From Candidatus Saccharimonadales bacterium (GTDB lineage Bacteria; Patescibacteriota; Saccharimonadia; Saccharimonadales; JANWIN01), in NCBI GenBank assembly GCA_025449905.1, contig JANWIN010000012.1, positions 109,318 to 173,317 of the forward strand: a stretch of DNA of 64,000 bases, written 5' to 3'. Positions 56,170 to 64,000 of this stretch are shown here, piece after piece. A model generated the notes under the pieces. It was not told the DNA's origin. It did not search any database and worked only from the letters and a program-made list of their open reading frames with translations. The translations under genes were made by a program, and so were the position numbers. Numbering within the stretch: the first letter of the stretch is position 1; the number at the start of each line of letters is the position of its first letter.

Positions 56170-56287
56170 GTTTTTATTTTTTGTGAGCTTATAAGTAAAC
56201 ATTAGCACGTTTTACAGATTAAACAAGAAGGGAAAATTGTCCGCTGTGGATAAGTTAAACAGCTAATGCTCTACTATATAAGCAGTA

Positions 56288-57832
56288 ATGTTAGGAAGAA
56301 CAAAAAAACTGGCCATCCTTTTTGGGTTGATCGAGCTTTTTGCAACCTTTGGCTTCTTATTAAAACCCGCGGCAGCATTGCCTCTATCTACTAGTTGCGG
56401 CTCTAACCTCATTAACTATACAGCTCTGTATCCGCTGGAAGCTGATACTTACGATGTCTATGTTCGTTTGGGCAAACGCGACCAAACCGCTAAAGCAGCA
56501 CTTTATTTACAGCCATTAGATTCAGAAAGCTGCCAAAAACTGGTTGACTCTAAGGTAAACGGCAAAAAGTGGACCCGTGCTGGCACTATAGAAAATACCC
56601 AGCCAACCCAAGCCACCTTGACTCTCGCTTCCAGCGAGTTTGAAGACTTACCGAGCGCCAATAGTCCCACGGTTATGCTGGTACCTCGTTCTGCTCCAGT
56701 CTGCCAGCCAACCACCGAATGTTTTGTAAATATTAACGGTAAGCGGGGAGTTGTACATGCCACCGGCACAAAACTTGGCCAGGATTCGCTGCATGTGGTG
56801 GTGCCTAAAAACCCCGCCAACGATAAACTTCTATCTGTCGACTATTACATTGACAACAAGCTTGCCTATTCTTTGAGCGAAATTAAACCTTTTAATATGC
56901 GCTATGTTGGCGGCGGTGAACACACCTTAGCGACAGTCGCCACCTATGATTCACAGCAACAAATTGTCTTTAGCGAGCAAATTAAACAAAACGCCTATGA
57001 TGACTTGGACAATTTATTATTCAGCGGTTGGCATAAATATAAACCGGTTTTTATTATTGGTATCTCACTGCTGTTCATCTACGCCGTTTTTACCCTGTGC
57101 CTTTACGTGGCCCGCAAAGTCTATCAAAAACGGTTGTGGGAAAAACTTCACGATGTTTCTATTAAGACGCTTGATGCTACGGCGCCTGACCAGTCGCAAA
57201 TAACCACCATAAAACTAAAATTCCTAGCGATTAATCCGGATTTGAGAAAAGTTGCCAAACGCTCCGCAATTTTTATTGCTATTCTGGCCAGCTCTGTGGT
57301 GCTAATTATTGTCGCCAACAACTGGGTTTTACAATTATACGAGGTTGACGGACCGAGTATGAAAAGTACTTTGCAAAATGGCGACGGCATCGTAGTCAAT
57401 AAATTTGGCAAGGCTTGGCAGGGTATACTCGGCAAACCATACATACCCAAGAGAGGCGAGGTAGTGGTCTTTAGCCGTGCACAGGATGTTTTATATGAGC
57501 CGGTTGAAAGCAGCGCTCCGACATATTTAGTTAAACGTGTAGTTGGTCTACCGGGTGAGCGGGTTGTGGTAAAAGAGGGTAAGGTAACAGTTTATAATGA
57601 CGCCAATAAAAATGGTTTTAACCCGGACGATTCTAAAGACTGGACCAAAGATTTGCACTTGAGCCAGTACGATCGCATCGATCTTACAGTTGGCCCTGAC
57701 GAGATTTTTGTTTGCGGCGATAACCGCGAAGAGTCGATTGATTCACGTTCGTTCGGACCGATTAAGATAAATCAGGTGGTAGGAGATGTTGCTTTTAGAC
57801 TTTCGCCGCTAAGTCATATACGTATACTTTAA
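56288..57832 (+). CDS. lepB: Signal peptidase I fused to a large N-terminal extracellular domain
   Basis: C-terminal VDGPSMKSTL (Ser), RGEVVVF, LVKRVVGLPGE (Lys), GDNREESIDSR; own signal peptide plus two internal TMs. Confidence 0.85.
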   Translation: MLGRTKKLAILFGLIELFATFGFLLKPAAALPLSTSCGSNLINYTALYPLEADTYDVYVRLGKRDQTAKAALYLQPLDSESCQKLVDSKVNGKKWTRAGTIENTQPTQATLTLASSEFEDLPSANSPTVMLVPRSAPVCQPTTECFVNINGKRGVVHATGTKLGQDSLHVVVPKNPANDKLLSVDYYIDNKLAYSLSEIKPFNMRYVGGGEHTLATVATYDSQQQIVFSEQIKQNAYDDLDNLLFSGWHKYKPVFIIGISLLFIYAVFTLCLYVARKVYQKRLWEKLHDVSIKTLDATAPDQSQITTIKLKFLAINPDLRKVAKRSAIFIAILASSVVLIIVANNWVLQLYEVDGPSMKSTLQNGDGIVVNKFGKAWQGILGKPYIPKRGEVVVFSRAQDVLYEPVESSAPTYLVKRVVGLPGERVVVKEGKVTVYNDANKNGFNPDDSKDWTKDLHLSQYDRIDLTVGPDEIFVCGDNREESIDSRSFGPIKINQVVGDVAFRLSPLSHIRIL

Positions 57833-57835
57833 GTA

Positions 57836-59254
57836 ATGAATTTTTATTTTTATGATTTAGAAACTAGTGGTTTTAAACCTCGCGAAGCGAGAATTATGCA
57901 GTTCGGCGGCCAGCGAACCGATATGAACCTCCAGCCGATTGGCGAACCGGATAATTATTTCATAAAACTCACCGAAGACATTTTGCCAGACCCAGAGGCT
58001 ATTTTGGTAACTGGCATTACCCCTCAGCTAACCCACACCAAAGGCCTGACAGAAGCCGAATTTTTAAAATTTTTTTTTAAAGACATCAACCAGCCTAACA
58101 CCATATTCGTTGGCTATAACAGCATACGTTTTGATGATGAGTTTATGCGTTTTTTGATGTATCGAAACTTTTATGATGCCTATGAATGGCAGTGGAAAGA
58201 CGGCAATAGCCGCTGGGACTTGCTGGATCCGGTGCGTATGACCCGAGCGCTAAGGCCCGAAGGCCTTAAATGGCCGCTTAATAGCGAGGGCATTCAGACC
58301 AATCAACTGGGATTATTGGCGAGCATTAATAAGCTTAATCACACCAATGCGCACGACGCCTTAAGTGATGTTATGGTGACGATTGATTTAGCGCGCTTGT
58401 TAAAATCCAAGCAGCCTAAGCTATTTGAGTATCTACTTAAGATGCGCAGCAAAAGCAATATCGCCAAGCTAGCTAAGTCTGGCGAACCATTTGTATACAC
58501 TTCGGGAAAATATCACAGCCGTTTTGAGAAAACGACTATCGTTAGCGCGGTTGCCAATCATCCACAGCGAGCGGCTACCCTAGTTTATGATTTACGCCAT
58601 GACCCCGCAGAGTTTGCCGATATGTCAGCCGATGAGCTAGCCTCTATTTGGCGCCGGCCGATAGATGAAAACGAAGTCGTGTTGCCGGTCAAAACGCTGC
58701 AATTTAATCGTTGCCCGGCTGTCGCGCCAATCAGCGTTTTGGACAAGGCCGCCATAAAAAGACTACAGCTGGATATGGAACAAGTCGAAGAAAACCAGAC
58801 TCGACTAAAGTCTATGAAAGACTGGCCAGCTAAATTGCAGGCAGCTTTAGATATTTTAAATGACAGCCAACAAACAAAACTTATAGAGGATGAACGAGTT
58901 GATAACAAGCTTTATGATGGATTCTTGAGCGACTATGATCGGGTCATATCTAAAAAAATCCGTGAAGCGATGCCCGATGAACTGCGGGAAATAGCCAAAC
59001 GCTGCAAGGACGAACGATTAACAAATTTGGCTCCGCTTTATAAGGCTAGAAATTTTCCTGATGATTTAAATGACGACGAAAAAAATCTATGGCTTCAGTA
59101 TTGCCGGGGTCAATTAATAGACAATAAACGACTTGATAATTATTTTGACCAGCTTGACGAATTAAAAACTCGAACAGGCTTAACTAAGGCTCAGCAAAAC
59201 TTGCTTCGGGATCTCGAAGATTATGGTCACAACCTCAAGGCCAAGTTAACCTAG
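57836..59254 (+). CDS. sbcB: Exodeoxyribonuclease I
   Basis: YDLETSG, GYNSIRFDDEF, NSRWDLLD, RPEG..WP, AHDALSDV, LYDGF, YKARNFP. Confidence 0.95.
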   Translation: MNFYFYDLETSGFKPREARIMQFGGQRTDMNLQPIGEPDNYFIKLTEDILPDPEAILVTGITPQLTHTKGLTEAEFLKFFFKDINQPNTIFVGYNSIRFDDEFMRFLMYRNFYDAYEWQWKDGNSRWDLLDPVRMTRALRPEGLKWPLNSEGIQTNQLGLLASINKLNHTNAHDALSDVMVTIDLARLLKSKQPKLFEYLLKMRSKSNIAKLAKSGEPFVYTSGKYHSRFEKTTIVSAVANHPQRAATLVYDLRHDPAEFADMSADELASIWRRPIDENEVVLPVKTLQFNRCPAVAPISVLDKAAIKRLQLDMEQVEENQTRLKSMKDWPAKLQAALDILNDSQQTKLIEDERVDNKLYDGFLSDYDRVISKKIREAMPDELREIAKRCKDERLTNLAPLYKARNFPDDLNDDEKNLWLQYCRGQLIDNKRLDNYFDQLDELKTRTGLTKAQQNLLRDLEDYGHNLKAKLT

Positions 59255-59376
59255 TCTTCTTTATGGAATCGCCTAGAGGCAAAAGCCAATGCTAAAAGTC
59301 CCACTAAAATTAGCCAATAGAAGGTAAATTGCCAGTGGGTACCAGGAATTAGACCAAGTACAATAAACTTTAGCAT
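59251..59376 (-). CDS. Putative 41-aa membrane micro-protein (absent from ORF track)
   Basis: MLKFIVLGLIPGTHWQFTFYWLILVGLLALAFASRRFHKED*; AAGGGG SD; TTGACG-16 bp-TATAAT promoter at 59428-59401. Confidence 0.65.
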   Translation of the reverse strand: MLKFIVLGLIPGTHWQFTFYWLILVGLLALAFASRRFHKED

Positions 59377-59527
59377 GACCATGCCCCTTAATTAGGGGTT
59401 ATTATACATTTAATTGCGGATACGTCAATAATATATATTCTATGCTTATGGTATTTGCGTGTTGTCAATAAACTGCTAAAATAAATTTAAGTGGTGGGCA
59501 AAACTTAGCTCGGTCAAGAAAATCAAT

Positions 59528-60130
59528 ATGAAACAAACACACAGAAGACCAAGAGACAGCTTAAATTCAAACGGAAATTCGCGAATGGGAAAAAGTATTT
59601 CAAACGGTTTTGGCATAGTACGCAGGTTAACCCCTCCATCTCAACAGGAGCTTTTTGAGCATTTAGACGAAGCTGAAATAAATAATTCTATGGTTCGTCG
59701 CAGGACGCCCAGTCACTTAACAGTTATTCAATTTCTTAAATTATCTAAACACGAACAAAAGGCACTACATGTTGGTTTTAATATTGGTCGTTTAGAACAT
59801 AGATTAGAAAATGGCAACGGCAACGGTGATGGCGTACCTAGAAGAGCATTAACCGTAGAGCTGGGAGCAGTGGCATACTTAGGTAATTTTATTTATGCAG
59901 AAGTAGGTAATTCTGAGATAGATGACGAACAACTAAAACTAGCTGGTCAAATTGCCTTACACGGGATTTCACCCGTCAAGATAAACAGAAAAATTGTACC
60001 GCCCCATATCGGCATAGGCCATGCTCAACAAGGACCAATCGAAGAAATGCGCGAAAAAGTAGAAGATGCACTTAGCGGACAACATGTCGCCCTACAGCGC
60101 TGGCAGGTTTATCCAGATAGATACGCTTAG
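59528..60130 (+). CDS. Hypothetical protein, possibly a divergent 2H phosphoesterase
   Basis: SHLTV and PHIGI motifs about 100 aa apart. Confidence 0.55.
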   Translation: MKQTHRRPRDSLNSNGNSRMGKSISNGFGIVRRLTPPSQQELFEHLDEAEINNSMVRRRTPSHLTVIQFLKLSKHEQKALHVGFNIGRLEHRLENGNGNGDGVPRRALTVELGAVAYLGNFIYAEVGNSEIDDEQLKLAGQIALHGISPVKINRKIVPPHIGIGHAQQGPIEEMREKVEDALSGQHVALQRWQVYPDRYA

Positions 60131-60174
60131 ACACTAGAATTTCTCTCTGTTTTAGCGTATAATCTTTTGTTCAA

Positions 60175-62985
60175 ATGAGCGACGATATTGTAGTTAAAGG
60201 TGCCCGCGAGCATAACCTCAAGAACGTTGATGTTACCATCCCGCGCGGCAAATTAGTGGTTATTACTGGCCTTTCCGGTTCCGGAAAGTCCAGCCTGGCT
60301 TTTGACACCATTTATGCCGAAGGCCAGCGTCGCTACGTTGAGTCGCTAAGTTCTTATGCCCGCCAGTTTTTAGGGCTGATGGAAAAACCAGATGTCGACC
60401 AAATTGACGGACTTAGCCCGGCTATTTCTATTGATCAAAAATCTACCAGCCGCAACCCGCGCTCCACGGTAGCGACAGTCACCGAAATTTATGATTACCT
60501 GCGTCTGCTGTTCGCCCGCATCGGCACGCCGCACTGCCCAGTTTGCGGCAAACCGGTTACCAGGCAAACATCGGCCGCTATTGTAGAGCAGATTGCCAGC
60601 AATGATAAGAAAGCGCGGTTAATGGTACTTGCGCCGGTAGTTATAGACAAGAAAGGCGCTTTTGAACACATCCCCGAGCAATATATGCGGGCCGGTTTTG
60701 CCCGAGTAAGAGTTGATAACGTGGTTTACTCGCTTGATGAATTTCCTACGTTGGACAAAAAGTACAAACACACTATTGAAGTGGTGGTTGACCGTCTGGT
60801 GAATGACGAAGATAGCCACGGACGCCTAGTCCAGTCGGTTGAGCAGGCTCTCGACATAGCTGACGGTAAAGTCACAGTCGTAGATGCTGAGAACAAGCAC
60901 GAGAAAAGCTATAGCCTGATGTATGCCTGCATTGACCATCCCGAAGTGGCTATCCCGGAGCTCGAGCCGCGAACTTTCAGTTTCAACTCGCCGCATGGTG
61001 CTTGTCCGGTTTGTACCGGATTGGGCTCTAAGCTGGAAGTTGACCCCGAACTGGTTATTCCAAATGGACGATTGACGATTATGGAAGGCGCCATTCGTCC
61101 CTTTAATCGCATTAATACCGATGCTTGGTATACGAAAAAATTGCAGGCGGTGGCTGACGCCCACGGTTTTAGCCTGCACGTGCCAACCGGTGAGCTGAAA
61201 AAAGACGATCTAGATAAAATTCTCTATGGCACCGGCGAGGAAAAATATCGCGTCTCAATTGGTATTGGCCGCTCGTTTTCCACGACTTATGAAGGTGTGA
61301 TTCCCAACCTGGAACGCCGTCATAAAGAAACCGAAAGTGATTTTATGCGCCGTGACATCGAACGCTTTATGCATGAGCTGCCGTGCCACGCCTGCAAGGG
61401 CCTGCGCTTAAAGCCCGAAGTTTTGGCTGTGACGGTGGCAGACAATTCCATAATGGACGTTTGCCAGTTATCAATTGATGACGCTGTTAAATTTTTCGCT
61501 GATATTAAATTGAATGATAAAGAGATGCAAATTGCTCACCAGATATTGAAGGAAATCAAAGCTCGCTTAAAGTTTATGCAAGATGTCGGACTAGAATATT
61601 TAAACTTATTACGGAGCGCCGTGACATTGTCTGGCGGTGAGGCCCAGCGCATTCGTTTGGCCACTCAAATTGGTTCCGGACTAATGGGTGTGCTGTATGT
61701 GCTGGATGAGCCGTCAATTGGCCTGCACCAGCGCGATAACGCTCGCTTGCTTAATACCCTTAGACATCTGCGTGATATCGGTAACAGTGTGATTGTCGTG
61801 GAGCATGATGAAGAGACTATTCGCTCAGCCGATTACTTGTTGGATATTGGGCCGGGCGCTGGTATCCACGGTGGCAAAATTGTGGCCCAAGGCGCGCCCA
61901 CGGCAGTAGCTAAAGCCAAAAACAGTATTACCGGTCAATACCTGCGCGGTGAAAAGAAAATCGCCGTGCCTAAAAAACGACGAGCGGGCAACGGCAAAAA
62001 TCTTACCATCATTGGCGCCCGCGAAAACAACCTAAAAAGTATTAATGTTGAAATTCCACTAGGACAGTTAGTTGTGGTTAGCGGTGTTTCCGGCTCCGGC
62101 AAATCAAGCCTAATTAATGATATCTTAGCTAAAGAATTATCGGCACGTTTGCACCGGGCCAACTCCGTACCTGGTAAACATGACGACATTGAAGGCATTG
62201 AGCACTTAGACAAAGCAATTATCATTGATCAATCGCCAATTGGCCGCACACCGCGCTCTAATCCGGCAACTTATACCGGATTGTTTACGCCAATTCGCGA
62301 ACTATTTGCGGCTACACCAGAAGCCAAACTACGTGGCTACGCACCAGGCCGCTTTAGCTTCAATGTCCGGGGCGGACGCTGCGAAAACTGCAGTGGCGAC
62401 GGCATTATCAAGATTGAAATGCACTTTTTACCGGATGTTTACGTAACCTGTGAGGTTTGCAAAGGCAAGCGCTACAACCGTGAGGCGCTGGAAATTCACT
62501 ATAAAGGCAAGACTATTGCCGATGTGCTGGAAATGACCTGCGAACAAGCTTTGGAGTTTTTCACCAACATTCCTTCAGTGGCCCGCAAACTTCAAACATT
62601 GGTTGACGTCGGCCTTGGCTATATTGGATTGGGTCAGCCGGCTACAACTTTGTCAGGCGGAGAGGCCCAGCGCATAAAGCTGGCTAGCGAGCTGTCTCGC
62701 CGCGCCACTGGCCGTACGCTTTACATTTTGGACGAACCAACCACTGGTTTGCATATGGCTGACGTTGAAAAGCTATTGCAGGTTTTACACGCTCTAGTCG
62801 AAAGCGGCAATAGTATTATTGTCATCGAGCATAACTTGGACGTTATTAAATCAGCTGATCACATTATAGATATGGGGCCAGCTGGCGGCGCCGCCGGCGG
62901 GGAAATTGTGGCCAAAGGGACGCCCGAAGCAGTTAGCAAAAACTCCAAGTCTTTTACCGGCCAATATTTAAGGAAAATGCTTTGA
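60175..62985 (+). CDS. uvrA: Excinuclease ABC subunit A
   Basis: [18 protein letters not shown], zinc fingers, two [18 protein letters not shown]. Confidence 0.98.
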   Translation: MSDDIVVKGAREHNLKNVDVTIPRGKLVVITGLSGSGKSSLAFDTIYAEGQRRYVESLSSYARQFLGLMEKPDVDQIDGLSPAISIDQKSTSRNPRSTVATVTEIYDYLRLLFARIGTPHCPVCGKPVTRQTSAAIVEQIASNDKKARLMVLAPVVIDKKGAFEHIPEQYMRAGFARVRVDNVVYSLDEFPTLDKKYKHTIEVVVDRLVNDEDSHGRLVQSVEQALDIADGKVTVVDAENKHEKSYSLMYACIDHPEVAIPELEPRTFSFNSPHGACPVCTGLGSKLEVDPELVIPNGRLTIMEGAIRPFNRINTDAWYTKKLQAVADAHGFSLHVPTGELKKDDLDKILYGTGEEKYRVSIGIGRSFSTTYEGVIPNLERRHKETESDFMRRDIERFMHELPCHACKGLRLKPEVLAVTVADNSIMDVCQLSIDDAVKFFADIKLNDKEMQIAHQILKEIKARLKFMQDVGLEYLNLLRSAVTLSGGEAQRIRLATQIGSGLMGVLYVLDEPSIGLHQRDNARLLNTLRHLRDIGNSVIVVEHDEETIRSADYLLDIGPGAGIHGGKIVAQGAPTAVAKAKNSITGQYLRGEKKIAVPKKRRAGNGKNLTIIGARENNLKSINVEIPLGQLVVVSGVSGSGKSSLINDILAKELSARLHRANSVPGKHDDIEGIEHLDKAIIIDQSPIGRTPRSNPATYTGLFTPIRELFAATPEAKLRGYAPGRFSFNVRGGRCENCSGDGIIKIEMHFLPDVYVTCEVCKGKRYNREALEIHYKGKTIADVLEMTCEQALEFFTNIPSVARKLQTLVDVGLGYIGLGQPATTLSGGEAQRIKLASELSRRATGRTLYILDEPTTGLHMADVEKLLQVLHALVESGNSIIVIEHNLDVIKSADHIIDMGPAGGAAGGEIVAKGTPEAVSKNSKSFTGQYLRKML

Positions 62986-62997
62986 GCGCTATTAACA

Positions 62998-63543
62998 TTA
63001 ATCAATTGTGGAGCCAGGGGCAGGGGTATAGAATCCTAATTTCCTCATTCTTGGTCTAAGTTTCGCAGCGACAAAGCCTGCGTATCTAGTCTCGTCATGA
63101 GCTTGAACATTCTCGCCTAAGATCTTGCGAGCTTGGATTATGGATCCCTCTCCGTAGCGCATTTTTCTAAGATAGATTTTTGACTCTAAAGTATAAAATA
63201 CACTATCTGTAACAAGCGTAGATAGCAAATTAATATGCTGGTTACGCACAAAATATATATCAGCTGGTTTAGTTGGCTCCACAAAAGTGGCTCTACACTC
63301 TGATTCCTTTGCTAATTTGGCGATTGGTTCAAATCTTGCCGCAACAGTCGCGTTAGAGTGGGGTGGATATAAGGTTTCAACAGGATTATCATATTTGAAC
63401 TCAGGATGTTGACTCTGAAGTCCCTCTAGTAAAAGAGAGCCCGCACTTTTTACTAGTTGGTCAAAGTCAGCAGGAATTCTTAGGCCTGTTATGGTTTCAC
63501 CAGGCTGCACATTTTCAATTGATAAACTGTCTACACCGACCAT
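62998..63543 (-). CDS. Hypothetical protein
   Basis: 181 aa ORF, no family recognised. Confidence 0.6.
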   Translation of the reverse strand: MVGVDSLSIENVQPGETITGLRIPADFDQLVKSAGSLLLEGLQSQHPEFKYDNPVETLYPPHSNATVAARFEPIAKLAKESECRATFVEPTKPADIYFVRNQHINLLSTLVTDSVFYTLESKIYLRKMRYGEGSIIQARKILGENVQAHDETRYAGFVAAKLRPRMRKLGFYTPAPGSTID

Positions 63544-63589
63544 ATAAAACTAACTATAACATCTATAATGTACTTTTACAAACTAATTC

Positions 63590-64000
63590 TTAACTTCTAC
63601 GACTTTTAACCATGTGATAGGCTGCTGGGCCAAAACTGAAGATTACAGCCAAACCTAAAACCGGCAGCAGGTATTTATCAATATTAGGCACCTTGTTGCC
63701 CAGCCAATAGCCTAGCAATGTGACACTAATAGCCCAGCCAATAGCGCCAACTATATTAAATATCGTAAAGCGAGTCTGATTCATTTTGGCTGCCCCGGCC
63801 ACTACCGGGGCAAAAGTTCGCACAAAAGGTGTAAAACGGGCCATTATTATAGTTTTGCCACCGTGCTTTTCATAAAATTTTTCGGCTCTTATTAGGTGTT
63901 CGTGCTTGAACCAGGCATCATCCTTTTTCTTGAATATTCTCGGTCCGGCCTTTTTACCAATCTGGTAGCCAATTTGGTCCCCAACAATAGCTGCCACAAT
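63590..64000 (-). CDS. dedA: DedA family membrane protein (5' end outside window)
   Basis: GDQIGYQIG, FYEKHGGKTIIMARFTPFVRTFAP, FNIVGA. Confidence 0.93.
   Translation of the reverse strand: MVAAIVGDQIGYQIGKKAGPRIFKKKDDAWFKHEHLIRAEKFYEKHGGKTIIMARFTPFVRTFAPVVAGAAKMNQTRFTIFNIVGAIGWAISVTLLGYWLGNKVPNIDKYLLPVLGLAVIFSFGPAAYHMVKSRRS

Overview
Gene-dense chromosomal segment that looks like a Candidate Phyla Radiation (Patescibacteria) bacterium, most likely Saccharimonadia/TM7. This is inferred from a short AlaRS, an FtsA-like + baseplate-J-like + YqgF + MltG block, scarce Shine-Dalgarno sites and many orphan single-TM proteins. It holds housekeeping genes (folC/folA/folD, murD, pyk/pgk/tpiA, pcrA, rsmA, pyrF/pyrE, metG, tatD, iscS/mnmA, alaS, obgE, sbcB, uvrA), tRNA-Lys(CUU), tRNA-Glu(UUC) and a tmRNA with a 32-codon tag. 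No transposase, integrase, CRISPR array or rRNA was seen. Main observations: (1) a family of ~170-nt intergenic elements (four full copies, one partial) with divergent stem sequence but the same three-way-junction fold and conserved loop words, i.e. covariation within one genome; two of them directly abut tRNA 5' ends; (2) a locus joining a pyruvoyl arginine decarboxylase, an EamA exporter, a DUF2156 aminoacyl-transferase-like protein, a stand-alone membrane sensor-like protein, a small helical protein, a histidine kinase and a receiver, a possible make-export-sense signalling system; (3) a MurD2/MurL-type epimerase route to peptidoglycan D-Glu; (4) an NrtR-like regulator next to a GT-N7-AC palindrome over a promoter for two unannotated micro-ORFs; (5) many apparently leaderless promoters, two further short palindromic repeat families and a candidate sRNA. 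All calls come from reading motifs by eye; no database searches were run.
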